64,000 nt of DNA. Origin: Oopsacas minuta. Its lineage: Eukaryota; Animalia; Porifera. The stretch is from assembly GCA_024704765.1 (NCBI GenBank), contig JAKMXF010000335.1, positions 208,141 through 272,140 of the forward strand. Reading direction: 5' to 3'. The position numbers were made by a program, and so were the translations under genes. Below the pieces are notes generated by a model. That model had not been told where the DNA came from. It ran no database searches and was given only the letters and a program-made list of their open reading frames with translations. This document shows positions 25,101 to 36,956 of the stretch, in pieces (position 1 is the first letter of the stretch; the number at the start of each line of letters is the position of its first letter).

Positions 25101-27005
25101 GAAGATGAGCTGAGGAGGGTAGGGAGAGAGGACAGTAAGAACAGGGAAGAAGAAGCTGATCTCCAGGGGAAGATAGATGAGGTAACATTATACCTAGACA
25201 GTACACAGAGACTGATTAAGAAAGTTACAAGAGAAAAGTTAGTCGTTATACTATCTTAAAATTTCTGGATTTTCTGTTTATTTTCGTTTACTTTGTTTCT
25301 TTTCATGATATTTATATACTTCATAATATTTCATAGACAAGAATCGATGGTAGATAGAAACTTGCTTAAGCTTCAAGTACGTAAGTTAAGAGATTCTCTA
25401 TTCACGCGAGCAGATGAAGTCTACTCTCTGGAAAAGAGAAAGTTAGAGCTGATTACTGCTATGACAGAGAGATCTAAGGAAATTGATTTGTTTAAGGAAA
25501 TGATAGAAGCACAGATACGAAGTAGTGCCAACGATAAACAAAAAGTAAGAGAAATTGGGCAAACTCTCTCGATGGGTTTGCCCCTTAAAATCAGTGTTTC
25601 GCGCAAAATTTGCTGATGAATTACTCCCAAGCCATTTCAACGATTTCCCCAGGATAATCCAGCGATGCCTGAAGGTTTGGTATAATCTATTTTGAATTAA
25701 TATTAGGTAAACTTTGAACTACACCAGAGACTAGCACAGATAGACAAACTACAAAAACGCTATGAAATAGTCTCTTTGTCACTAGCACCCCCCGAGGGAG
25801 AGGAAGTACACTCACAAGCTTATTACGTCATCAAGGCTGCACAGGAACGAGAAGAGTTACAACGAGAAGGTGATGAGCTTGATGCTAAAATAAGAAAAGC
25901 TGAGAGGGAAATACGAGCACTTGAAAATACACTTGGATTGATTTTTGATAGAAATGAATCATTCAGGCAAGGTTTTACAAATATCGGAAATATCGAGAAA
26001 TAGCGGAAATATCGAGAAATAGCGGAAATATCGGAAAATATCGGAAATATCGAGAAATATCGAGAAATATCGAGAAATATCGGAAATATCGGAAATATCG
26101 GAAATATCGGGTAATTTTCTGATATTTTTCAAAAATATCGCAGTAATATTTTTGAGAATTTTCGATATTTTTCATTATTGTTTCCAACCCAATATATCGA
26201 TGTCATTCTTTGGTACAGGAAAAGTCTACTTCGCGCAGACAATAAGAGCGAATTATCAAATGAAAGATCTATCCTTGAGAAACAGTTAAATTCAACTTTA
26301 GACAAATCTCGCTTTAAAGAAAGACAGAAGAGGGAACTTCTTGGTGACCTCGGGCATATGGAGAATAGATTACGTGATATGTTATCTGATGAACACTCCG
26401 TCGCTAATGTAATCGAGAAAAAACGTATTTCAGTTGAACAGACAAATAAATCTATTACAGAGCAAAAAGAAAAAGTTGACAGATCTCTCAAACAGTTAAC
26501 TAAGGCCTATCGTGAGCTTAAAGGGAAATGCGACGCGAATAAAGTCAGTAATATTGAGAAAGACATTGCATTACGAGATCTACGTGATTTGAACGTTGCA
26601 TCTGTGCAAGAAATGGTACAAGTCAGTGAGAAAGATTTATCAATGTTGGATAGTTTACATACTATCTTCTCACAAGTTGGTTTGCCGACTGTACAGTCTA
26701 CTCTGACAAGCAGACCTGGTTCACAAGTATCACTCGGTTCTTCACGTCATACGTCACGTGTTCCATCATGTGTACCATCAGCTGTTTCATCAGCTGTTAC
26801 TATGGGTGAGAAAGAAACTGGTCAGGTTGTAGCTACTAAAACAGTTGAGATAGGACTTGATTTACCATCCGAGCCAGGGTCTAGGAAAAGCAGTGCAGAC
26901 AGTTACAAACGTTCCGCTCAAAGTTCCAGGGTTCCGTCTGTAGCTTCTAGTCGCGCATCTTCCAGTCGTAAATCCCAGACAAAGATCGAGATTATTCTAT
27001 CTTAG
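22145..27005 (+). CDS. CCDC39: Coiled-coil domain-containing protein 39 (motile-cilium axonemal ruler)
   Basis: Exons 22145-22393, 22675-23041, 23187-23405, 23765-23932, 24142-24383, 24555-24695, 24948-25237, 25337-25544, 25707-25966, 26219-27005; 2931 nt = 976 aa. [66 protein letters not shown] match CCDC39. Confidence 0.93.
22412..22641. mobile_element. Tc1/mariner (pogo/Tigger-like) MITE, family A (CAGTCAACTCC ends)
   Basis: 24-bp imperfect TIR cagtcaagtcccgttatattgaag / cttcgacataacaggagttgactg, TA on both sides; core gctcaagggaccgcgata...tttgacggtttgggaccatatttgtac. Copies about 740-925, 19742-19897, 24715-24866, 39799-39966, 40759-40963, 41500-41560, 42454-42600, 56541-56705, 58044-58218, 59916-60069, 62480-62585. 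Confidence 0.85.
23451..23720. mobile_element. About 270-bp TIR element, copy 1 (CCDC39 intron 3)
   Basis: Near-identical reverse complement of 29678-29956. Confidence 0.75.
25979..26110. repeat. Tandem array of (GA)GAAATATCG 9-11-mers
   Basis: About 13 units of GAAATATCG / GAGAAATATCG / GAAATAGCG, followed by inverted GATATTTT units to about 26172; inside the last CCDC39 intron. Confidence 0.9.
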
Positions 27006-27756
27006 CACATAACTATCACACAACCCGATCACTATGATAAGTAAATTCCATAAATGAACACACTAGTATTGTATCTCTATTTAATCTCTCAATAATTCAT
27101 TACACAGTGTATTTCATTGTTTATTGTGAAGATAGGGGTCGTACAAACATTACGCTTCCAGGATGGAAAAGTGGGTCTGATTTCTAGAAATTGCGTTTTC
27201 ACAAATTCTGTGGACCCCAGGTTAGGAATCGCTGTCATGCCGTAGAGATTAAAACTTGTGGATTTGACCTCTGAAATTTTGAACTTATCTTGGGGTTATA
27301 AGCATCTTTCAAAATCTGCAATGACACACACCATATGCTCTATTGTATGGAATGATTACTGCCATACGTACGTAGTTAATTGTGCTCTTAACCTCATGCA
27401 CGTATACACACAGATTCATATAATATTATATTCTTTATACTCAGATATATATTCTAACCAAATCTTAACAGAAATCTATTATTTCTATAGAATACTGCAC
27501 GTTGTACGTTTAAATAGGATTCTCAATGGGGTGATAGTCAATTAATACTTACGTAATGTTTTTATTAGTCTTGTAATATGGCATTTGGTATATGGCTTGA
27601 GTTGTGAGTTATGAAATATATGTACGCAGCTTTATAACGTTTATCACGCATAAAAACTGAAGTACAATCATTCAAATGACTCATCACGAGTATAATTGAA
27701 TATCTAATATAAATAATACGCAAAAATTATCATTTTTCAACCAATAATTCTGCAAA

Positions 27757-29061
27757 ATGGCCAAATTTAGCCAAAAACCAATTAGAGTATTCGTTACATG
27801 CTCAATCGCACTTTTAACATTTGGATTATCACTTTTCATCGATTCCTATACTTCCCCCATAGAAGATGAAATATTATCAGATGGCATTCTCTCTGAAAAT
27901 ATGTACCCTGTATTTGCATCAATGCTTAGTCTAGGAGGGTTAATTGGTGCAGTATTTGCCGGTCCTATCACGGAATGTTTTGGCATAAAATCCGCGATAA
28001 TATTCGTGTCTCCGTTAGCGGCAATCGGTGGATTTGGGTGTATCGTTGCTAGTAGCCCAATAGTGCTTGTATTCGGGCGAATGTTAATTGGTATGCAAAT
28101 AGGGGTCGTGAATTCAACTGTACCCATTTACATCTCTGAAATTTCTTCTTCGAAACGGAAATTGTATGGATCTGTTCTAGGGCTTGGTCTAAGGATGGGA
28201 ACATTTATAGCTTATACTATCGGTCTCTGGCTGGGTTTCCGTTGGATTGTTGTATTCTATCTATCTTGTCTGTTCGTGTTAACTTTCCTGCTAAGCTACC
28301 AGCCAGATAGCCCGCACTGGCTTCATTCAAAAGGCTACACACAGAGTGCAATTAGAGCTACAGCATATTTACATGAATGCTATGAGGATCTTGATTGTAA
28401 ATTTCCTGAAAAGGAAACACACAAATCTATGGCGAGTTTCATGCGTGGATTTTTTGCATTACCCGTAATTAGACCTTTGATAATATGCTGTTCTATACAA
28501 ATATTTAAAGAGTCATCCGCCCAGCAATTGTTACTATTATACGCGGCACATACACTTGAAGCAGGTGTCAGTATTAATCCACAATTCGCAGCAATTTTTA
28601 ACATACTTTCACAGGTTTTTGGCAGTATAATATTCCTATGGGTAATACAGAAAATCCATTGGAAGAAGTTGGTTATTTTAACTACGATTTTTCAAGCAAT
28701 TTGCAATGCATTACTGGCGGTGACTTTGTATTTGTCAATTGACGAGCTACGGTGCACACATTCGGTATATACGTCATGTTTCTGTGGTGTACTAATGTAT
28801 GCACCACTTATTATTACGAGCGTAATGTCATTTGCTTATGGGATCGGTTGGGGATCTATTGTATGGTGGTTGTACGGAGAAATCCTTGATAAACGATATG
28901 CACGTGTTTGTGCGGGAATCGCGACTTTTTGCACGTATCTAGCTTCGTTTCTTAATCAGTTATTTGCTCCTATTTTGGTTAATTACGCTGGATCTGCTGT
29001 TGTGTTCTTTGGATATTCATGTTGTTGTGTTTTAGCTTTAGTTTTTCAGTATTTTTATTAG
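27757..29061 (+). CDS. MFS sugar-porter family transporter (SLC2A8/Tret1-like, divergent), intronless
   Basis: 434-aa ORF, about 12 hydrophobic segments; GRMLIG, VPIYISEIS, PDSPHWL, GWGSIVWWLYGEI. Confidence 0.85.
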   Translation: MAKFSQKPIRVFVTCSIALLTFGLSLFIDSYTSPIEDEILSDGILSENMYPVFASMLSLGGLIGAVFAGPITECFGIKSAIIFVSPLAAIGGFGCIVASSPIVLVFGRMLIGMQIGVVNSTVPIYISEISSSKRKLYGSVLGLGLRMGTFIAYTIGLWLGFRWIVVFYLSCLFVLTFLLSYQPDSPHWLHSKGYTQSAIRATAYLHECYEDLDCKFPEKETHKSMASFMRGFFALPVIRPLIICCSIQIFKESSAQQLLLLYAAHTLEAGVSINPQFAAIFNILSQVFGSIIFLWVIQKIHWKKLVILTTIFQAICNALLAVTLYLSIDELRCTHSVYTSCFCGVLMYAPLIITSVMSFAYGIGWGSIVWWLYGEILDKRYARVCAGIATFCTYLASFLNQLFAPILVNYAGSAVVFFGYSCCCVLALVFQYFY

Positions 29062-29677
29062 TTAAACTTTGTTATAAATTTGTTATTCTTTGCTAGATAT
29101 TTATTGATAGTTTATTAAATGAATATTCGAAGTTCCCTTCTTAATTGCGATATGAATAGCAAATGCAATAGCTACGGTTAAAAGGACAGTTTGCAGGAAG
29201 TAAACTGTCCTCAACACGTAGAGATTAATTACTGCCAACACTCCCGGGATTTACAAGAAATCCAGGGAAGTTTTGCGAATTTATATGCTTTTTCCCAATT
29301 AATTCCATAAATGGCCATTTTTGGATGTAAAACTTAGTATTTTTTGGAAATCCCGGAAAGGTGTAGTTGATGGGAAATACAATATTTAGCTGATATTCAA
29401 TATATTCATATCCTCGACTTAAGTTCATTGTACAATTTTCTGCACCAGAAACACCAAATATTTTAATAAATATAATATTTACACATACACAGACAAGCAA
29501 CACTCTAATTGCTAAAACGTAATCTCATAGTGATAGCTCTTATCCATGTGGCATATTCTATGAAACCACTAACTAAATCCAATTGATTATATAATAGGCT
29601 AATAGTGGCCTCTACTGCCAGATTTATCGTAGTTTTTTATCCAAATTTCCGTTTGTTGAGAATATATAATTATGTCC

Positions 29678-29956
29678 CTGTTTCAGCTCTACATGATATC
29701 CATCTAAGCATGTGAGTGGGCGGCATTTATATCTTATATTTTATGACGTTATCATAAGTGTCCAATTCATGGAAATATTTCAATGATTCTACTTCTAAAT
29801 ATGTTAATTAAGCGTGTTAAAGGAGATCTGTGAAGATAAAATCACTACTATTCACCCGTTAGTTAGTAAATATATTGTGTAGCTGAATGTCACTCATAAA
29901 ATGTTTACAATATTCATGTAGCAGGTAACTTGATGCGGGCGGTGGAGCTGAAACTA
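29678..29956. mobile_element. About 270-bp TIR element, copy 2 (upstream of NDUFS6)
   Basis: TIR gtttcagctctac / gtggagctgaaac (12/13); reverse complement of 23451-23720. Confidence 0.75.
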
Positions 29957-30026
29957 GTTCCCAACTAACAGTGGCCTAATACGTTATTTTTTAATGTTTA
30001 TTATTGGTGGCTATATTTCTGTTAGT

Positions 30027-30407
30027 ATGTTTAGATTATTGGTGTCTAAACCGTATTTTGGAGTTGCGAACAGACATTCCATTGTTACAGCCAGGAAACT
30101 AAGCAAATCATTCCCTGAAGACACACAAACTCACACTGGTCAGAGATGGGATCGTAAAGATACCAGACTGACTAGATTTATCGATAAAGGAAAAGAAATA
30201 AACACTCGTTTCGCCATAAACCTTCTCTCTGAGGAGCCAGTTGCGATTATCAATGATACCCACGTATATTGTGGTGGGGAACTTGGCGCATTAGGTCATC
30301 CAAAGGTTTACATAAATCTTGATAAACCACACATACAATCGTGTGGATATTGTGGTAAGACTTTTGTAGCCAAACAATTCAAAGAATTGGCTACTTCTAA
30401 ATCTTGA
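30027..30407 (+). CDS. NDUFS6: NADH dehydrogenase iron-sulfur protein 6, intronless
   Basis: THTGQRWD, RFIDKGKEINTRFAINLL, zinc site C-GGELGALG-H-PKVYINLD...CGYCG. ATG 30027 preferred because it begins a basic presequence-like N-terminus. Confidence 0.92.
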   Translation: MFRLLVSKPYFGVANRHSIVTARKLSKSFPEDTQTHTGQRWDRKDTRLTRFIDKGKEINTRFAINLLSEEPVAIINDTHVYCGGELGALGHPKVYINLDKPHIQSCGYCGKTFVAKQFKELATSKS

Positions 30408-31503
30408 TTTCATGCTGTGACGTAATAATATGTGAGTTAACCAAATACATACAACCTATACATGTTACTTATGTCGATTATACAGAATTGTCTCGCGTTA
30501 TTACGATTTAATGTATTCTGGTTTTGAAAGATACCAATTTTAATGTAGGCTGCACTTACCGACCCATTTTTGCATGTATACAAGAGGTTTGTCGGTCTAT
30601 TTGTTCCAGTTCAAAGTTCACTTGGTCCACAGTCAAAATTCGATGGCCCCATCGATTTGATAGTGATTAGTTTACACATTTTTACATATCACACTTACCC
30701 GAAATTATACCTACATAATCCAATCTCTATGCTACATAAATTCATACAAATTCTTGTCTATTCATTTTATAGGTTTACTAGTTTGATAAGAATTTCGTTA
30801 TCTATATTATTGCGATTATCCTATCTTAGTAGTGATAATAAATCTGTAATTTGTCTACTGCCCACTAGCTTATGGTATGTTCAACGTTGTTGCTTCAATG
30901 TGCATTTATTCGTCTTTCAATCATTCTCTTGTAGATATGAAATAGAGGAATAGTTATACACTCATTTTACTGGTTTGAGATAGACACAATTTTGGTATAT
31001 ATAAATGTGTATAGGGAGATACTTTTCAGAAGCTTTCTGAAAATTATAGTGTACAGTGCAGTGCGATCCGACAAAGCTAAAATTGTTTCTATACAAGTCG
31101 AAATAAGTAAAACGAGGGGAAATGATATTCTTTAGAAACGAATTTACCGCTATTACTGGACATTATGCATTTATGGGAGTCATTATATCAAGGTTACTAG
31201 GTTGCTATACATGGCTTATCGTAGTATATATGGAACATATATGGAGCAATAGCAGCATTTCTCCCAAACAGGCAATTTACCTAATTCCTAACAGAGCATA
31301 TAATTCAGTAGTAGGAAATATTTCAATTTCAAACCATTACAGTGTAACCGCCATAACCCCGGGGTACCAGGGAAGCCGAAATGCTACCCTGTTTCCCTGT
31401 TTATGGAGATTCATTTATATGGGACTAGGAATCACTCTAATTACTTCTCACTGCATATCCACACATTAAATGTCAATAAATTTTGTAAAAGTAGTTATTT
31501 CTG

Positions 31504-33939
31504 ATGGCAACTGTCTCTCCAGACGAATCTCCAACCCAAATTATTGGAGAAAATGGTGAAGTGGCACGTGATGAGACTGTTACGAAACAGGAACCAACCG
31601 AAAATAAATTAAATTCCAATGAATCCAATGGGTCTCCAACTCAAACACCTGTTGAAACTGAACCAGTTCCAAAACCCAAGTTGACTGCAGAAGAATACCT
31701 CGAAAAACACAAAATTAACATTCTTTTCGAAGAATTAATCTTTCGTACTCTAGATGGTACACCTGAAAATCCATTGAAATTCCTTCTCACCAATTTGGAA
31801 GCTATGGACAAGGACAATTGGGTACCAGGATATTCACAGGAAGAGAAAGCGAATGCTGTTTCGAAAATATTTAAGAGCCATGAAGCTGACAAATCGGCAG
31901 GCCCTAAATCCATCGGGGGAGCGACACGTCCAGGTCCTGCTGGGAGAGGTTCCCCTGCAAAGACTAGTGCGACTACAACGAGGCCTGTTGGAGGGAGAGC
32001 TCCTACAGTCCGACCATCCCCGGCTAGCAAAACAGTGTCTTCACCCCCGAAAGTGGGGATATCCACTGGCCGTGTTACCAATCCTAGGACAGGTGTAAAA
32101 ACAACTGCCACTCCAGTTGTAAAAACAACTGCTACGCCAGTCGTAAAAACAACTGCTACGCCAGTCGCAAAAACAACTGCTACGCCAGTCGTAAAAACAA
32201 CTACTACGCCAGTTAAAACAGCCACAAATACAACCAATCGAAATACTAATTCAAATCCAGTAAAAACTGCCCCCGCGAAGACCGGTATAACCGGTGGAGC
32301 TGTGAAGACCGGTTCATCTACGTCACTAGCAAGTTCCACATCTAAAACTTCAATCACGAAAACTTCTTCTCCAGGATCTGCCTCAAAAGTAACTAACCCG
32401 AGAACTGCCACCGGACCGAAAACATCTGTCGGCGCTAAAACCGGCACAACAGGTGTGAGAACCGCCACGGTCGGTACCGGTACTAAAACCGGTACTAATA
32501 CTTCTGTTACAAAGACCGGGGGCGCTGCCAAAACAACTGCTACACCTAGGACTACTGTAAGACTTACTGCAACAACTGGTAGAACTCCCGCGGGGAAAAC
32601 CAGCGCCGCAACGAAGACGCCAACCGGTACAGCAGGCAGGACACTCGGCACTGGCACAAGAGCTGGAGCCGGTAGAAATACTACCAAGACAGCAGCTGCT
32701 ACTCCAACTAAAGGAAAGCAAGATACAGCTACTAAAACGGAAGAAATCGGGAAATATGCCGAACCGGATCCTGAACCGAAACCTCCGACACCGGTTGAGG
32801 AACCTAAAGTACCAACACCTGAGGAGCCGAAACAACCAATAGATGACGGTATGTGTTCTAAGATAAAGGGGGGTGATGAACCGGAACCGGAAGCATTAGA
32901 TCATGAGGATCAGCTGGCCTTAGATGACGCGGTTCATTTATCTGATGATGAGAATATACATGTGGCAGAAAAGACACCATCTGACAATGAATCCGACAAA
33001 TTCCCGCTCAAAGATCTGCCACAAGTCACAGAACAAATTGACAGTTCAGCTGATAAATATATGACGTCAGAAAATTACGCAGATGACCTACAAGCCATTG
33101 AGAATGAAGCGGAACAGCTGAATCAAGGTGATACTTTAGAGGAATTTATTGATGAAGGAATTGAAGTTAAAGATGATTACACTTCTGGATCTGATCCTAG
33201 TTTCCGGTTACGAATAGCTGATGAGATCGATAATCCAGTGAATAGTATACCTACTATGCCTCAGTCAATGGGGAGTCAATTGGGAGATTATACAGCAGTA
33301 CAGACAGGTGAAAATACTCAAATTACCCCTGAGCCTCTTGTAGATGTTGAAGAAAATGTTGTTGAGGATGAATCGAAGAAAGAGAAAGCTCAAGAACCAC
33401 CCCAAGATATCCAACCTTTAGTAAGTGAAGAAGTTATTATTACTGAATCTAAGAAAGATTCACCGCTTGAAAAACCGAAAGACTTTCAACCGTTAGTCCC
33501 GACTGATGATCTAATAGGTCAGACAGTAACTGATCCGATACAAGAGCAAACAACTGGACACAAATTCTCTGGGGATTTGGGTATTAATATGAATGAGAAA
33601 TCTACTAGTTTACATGAACCTGCGAAAGATGAGGAAATAAGTACTACAGTCGATCTGTTAGGAATCAATCCAGGCCCTGCCCAGGAGGCTACCACGGAGC
33701 CGGATACGAAACAGGTTAGCTCTCCCTCACCAATCATAGATCTCGGTGACTTAATCACGGTAAAAACAGCTGAACAACAACCTAATCCTATTATTAACGA
33801 TGTACAACCTCCTACTCCTGAAGAACAGATAGCCCAACCACTCCAAACCAAAAGTGATGCTCCACCGGCCCCCTCCCCAGATCAAGGAGACCCCCTCACC
33901 CAGATCGAGCCCCCGGCTAACACCGAGGACGCTAACTAA
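31504..33939 (+). CDS. 811-aa protein: RIIa/DPY-30-like dimerisation-docking domain + basic Thr/Gly/Lys-rich region + acidic Pro-rich tail, intronless
   Basis: Uninterrupted 2436-nt ORF; AEEYLEKHKINILFEELIFRTLDGTPENPLKFLLTNLE fits the D/D pattern (YLxxHxIxxLxxxLxxxxLxxxPENPxxFL). Confidence 0.8.
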   Translation: MATVSPDESPTQIIGENGEVARDETVTKQEPTENKLNSNESNGSPTQTPVETEPVPKPKLTAEEYLEKHKINILFEELIFRTLDGTPENPLKFLLTNLEAMDKDNWVPGYSQEEKANAVSKIFKSHEADKSAGPKSIGGATRPGPAGRGSPAKTSATTTRPVGGRAPTVRPSPASKTVSSPPKVGISTGRVTNPRTGVKTTATPVVKTTATPVVKTTATPVAKTTATPVVKTTTTPVKTATNTTNRNTNSNPVKTAPAKTGITGGAVKTGSSTSLASSTSKTSITKTSSPGSASKVTNPRTATGPKTSVGAKTGTTGVRTATVGTGTKTGTNTSVTKTGGAAKTTATPRTTVRLTATTGRTPAGKTSAATKTPTGTAGRTLGTGTRAGAGRNTTKTAAATPTKGKQDTATKTEEIGKYAEPDPEPKPPTPVEEPKVPTPEEPKQPIDDGMCSKIKGGDEPEPEALDHEDQLALDDAVHLSDDENIHVAEKTPSDNESDKFPLKDLPQVTEQIDSSADKYMTSENYADDLQAIENEAEQLNQGDTLEEFIDEGIEVKDDYTSGSDPSFRLRIADEIDNPVNSIPTMPQSMGSQLGDYTAVQTGENTQITPEPLVDVEENVVEDESKKEKAQEPPQDIQPLVSEEVIITESKKDSPLEKPKDFQPLVPTDDLIGQTVTDPIQEQTTGHKFSGDLGINMNEKSTSLHEPAKDEEISTTVDLLGINPGPAQEATTEPDTKQVSSPSPIIDLGDLITVKTAEQQPNPIINDVQPPTPEEQIAQPLQTKSDAPPAPSPDQGDPLTQIEPPANTEDAN
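32095..32214 (+). repeat. Coding minisatellite, 5 x 24 bp (VKTTATPV)
   Basis: gtaaaaacaactgc(c/t)ac(t/g)ccagt(t/c) units read directly. Confidence 0.92.
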
Positions 33940-36804
33940 TCAACTACACAGCCTCCCTTCGGCTTGTTATTCTATGAATTGATTAGTTTGTTAATTGTAT
34001 TGAATTCCCTACCATTAGTTTGTATGTAGATAGACAGATCCTGTCTATTCTACTTTATAGTTTAGATCTGCTCTGTATATTATTAGACTTACTAAGTGTT
34101 GTATTTATAGTGAGATTGTAGTATTATCTTAAAAAATAAATAAATGGATCAATTTCTTTCATTTCATTTCTTTGGATACGGTCAGGGTGAAATATTTTTC
34201 GACCTGTGCCCTGGGGTATATTGGGGGGAACGGGGGAGCACCGTTCCCTTACTTTAAATTCGAGAGAGAACGCGAACGAGCTTTATGCAAATACTTGGCA
34301 TTATTAAACTATACTTTTCAGTTTAGAAATTAGAGTTCAACATTATAGTCAACATATTATCCAATTTTTGCATAAGTATCGTTCACATGGGGAAATGCTT
34401 ATATTCCTTCGATTTTCAGCTAAAAAGTACTAGATGAAGTAAATATTGAGTGTACGTATGTGAGAAGGAGGTATCAGTGTATATATACATAATACATACA
34501 TATTTTGGTTAATTAAATGTGAGGAAATGGAATTTTCCATACACCATTACATATGTTAATTACCATCAAACACAAGCACACACAGGTGGGCGACAAAACC
34601 ATTGTTACAATGGTAAATTGCTTTGTAGTGCTTACGCGGATTTGTCTGTGAATAATTAATGCATCGCTTAATACATTCATTTATCATACGATCCGTGTGG
34701 ATTACATATCAATGTGTATTAATGCATTTACAATTCAATACAATTCAGGTTGGAAATTGGATCTGCTTGTAAATGCGACCACATAATACTTAGGTCTATC
34801 TGTACTATGTACTCATTCTATCTGTTTAAAACACTGTTGTAGCAGTAGAGATGAGGAATTGAGAGAATTGATACTTTTTGGATAATTAGCGGTGAGTTTT
34901 GTAATTCAAATCTTTTTTATTTGCAAATACCAAAATTCTGTCCAATTGAGTATGTGTATAAATATTGCTATTTCAATTCAAAGAAATCTAATAGAAGCAC
35001 TAAACATCGGTCTCTGACCCCTTGGCGGTTCAGGGATGACAGCAGGGGGTACACAGGATCTCAAATTTGTAATTCAGTCAATGGGATGAGGATCACATAT
35101 TGTGTTAAATTGGTATAGGGTTTCATGGGTAAAAAAGTGCTGCACTTGAATATCAACAATTTGGTATTTTAACAATAAATATACAAGTAAAAGAACGTCA
35201 AAATTCGTCATTATGAGAAGTGAACTTAGCTATTATAATTAAGAATTCGGAATCCTGTCTCCCTTGGCTACAGTTTAACTGCCTTCAAGGTCATCGAATT
35301 TATTACGTCCAACACCTTATTTGTCATTTGAATGGTTAATTCTTAAATATCATTATATCGCTTCTTACAAACTCATCAGTAGTACTCTAAAGGTTAGAGG
35401 CCTTAGATCAGCCAATATTTATACGTTTTGAGAATGACCATAAATCCTTGAAGCCATTTTTCCCCTTTTTCCTCGGCTGCCATAATATAGTAACTGCATA
35501 GGCTCTATATCTGTAAGGAATTGAGAAATTAGAATCTTGGTAATGAACTTTATCTAGGTTCATAATTGATTGTTATGTATCGGTTTAGTGCGAGCTATAA
35601 AGTTAATTCGTTTAGTTCTTATTGTTATTTTAATTGTTTGTTTATTGTTAGTATTTCTGTAGATTTCTTTCTTAAATAACTTCATTCAAATACAGTGAGT
35701 TTATATACGTTATATTTACTGTCGATGTATTCTTTACAGTGATGTTCGCCTATTAGCAAGATTTTCAGGGGAAGAGTCAATTTTGTGTTGGAAAAAGTTC
35801 CTCTAATAGCAAGTACGCGTATTAGAAAGGGAAAATACTACTCGCTAATAGGTGAACTTCCCTGGATTTTAGAAGTCAATACAATGGAATAATTGTTTGC
35901 GAGTAGTATAATGGAAAGATCTTTTCGTAATCAAGTTCAATTTCCTGGCTCAAATATTTCCCAAACTGACCTAGCGTTTAGCTGGGAGATAGACATGATG
36001 ATCTGTCCTATTCTATTCGTAACGTATATAATGAAAGTTCGATCTAATAGCTAATCTTTCTTAATATTATCACCATAACATGTGTCAACATAATCATTAA
36101 TGCCCTCAACATCATGTGATTATTGTGTAATCATATCGCTATAGTATTTGATAAGCTGCTCACAACCATTTCACTCATGTATCCCTATACCAATTTTAAC
36201 ACATTCTGTTGACCCCATCCATAGACTGCAATACTATTTTGGGATCTTGGAATTACGCCAATAGTATAATCAACGGCCAAAAACATATTTTATCGCTCAT
36301 TTCGGAATGCTTGTTTGATACTAAGAACAATAGAGAGAGTATTTACATACAATTACACGTCTATACTGTATCCAAACTGGCCTCTAATAATCGCCATGTG
36401 GTCTATGAATTAATAACGAAGCGGTTAATACGCATTAGAATACATTTATCTGATAACTTTTGCACCTATTAAAAACACTGTAGGCTTTCTAACACAAATG
36501 TATGGGTATTATGAATATACATTATCAGGCCATTGTAATTACTTACATGTGAAGAAACGCAGCGATATAAATATGAGATTATTTGAGGAGTATTTTAACT
36601 GGAATGGCGACTTATCAAAAGAGATGGTGTAGAATATTCTGGAAAAAACCTAGTTTTCGTCGGAAGAAAATAGAACCATTCTACACAACTGGATATATTA
36701 TACCGGAAACTTACAGAAAAGCTGGTTAGAATTATTGACAATTCGAATCACGATAAATTCCCTAAACATATGATGCCACTTAAAACACCCTTAAACATCT
36801 AGAG

Positions 36805-36956
36805 CAGCGTGGGGTTTATTGACCCATTGGTGGTCCACCGACGACAGCAGGGGTTCACAGGATCTCGAAATTTGTATTGCAGTCTATGGGAGGTGTCCAC
36901 AGAATATGTGAAAATTTATAATTTGGATCCTATTGTGAAAAGGTTAGGAACCGCGA
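36805..36956. mobile_element. hAT (Charlie-like) MITE copy
   Basis: Same family as 7338-7476; flanks atctagag / atcaagag (7/8), close to the NTCTAGAN target preference of Charlie elements. Confidence 0.65.

Noticed and set aside
25979-26172. Regularly spaced short repeats considered as a CRISPR-like array
   Set aside because: No unique spacers; simple 9-11-mer tandem array in a eukaryotic intron.
31641-32687. 348-aa minus-strand ORF (also 32383-32835 and 33519-33851)
   Set aside because: Antisense shadow of the low-complexity Thr/Gly/Ala-rich region of the 811-aa gene.
35240-36190. Minus-strand protein-like frame with splice-like ends (YRAYAVTILWQP...KKRYNDI*ELTIQ), considered as a pseudogene or stop-codon recoding
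   Set aside because: About 9 stops of all three types in about 165 codons is near chance for AT-rich DNA, part of it is a hAT MITE, and all real genes here use the standard code.
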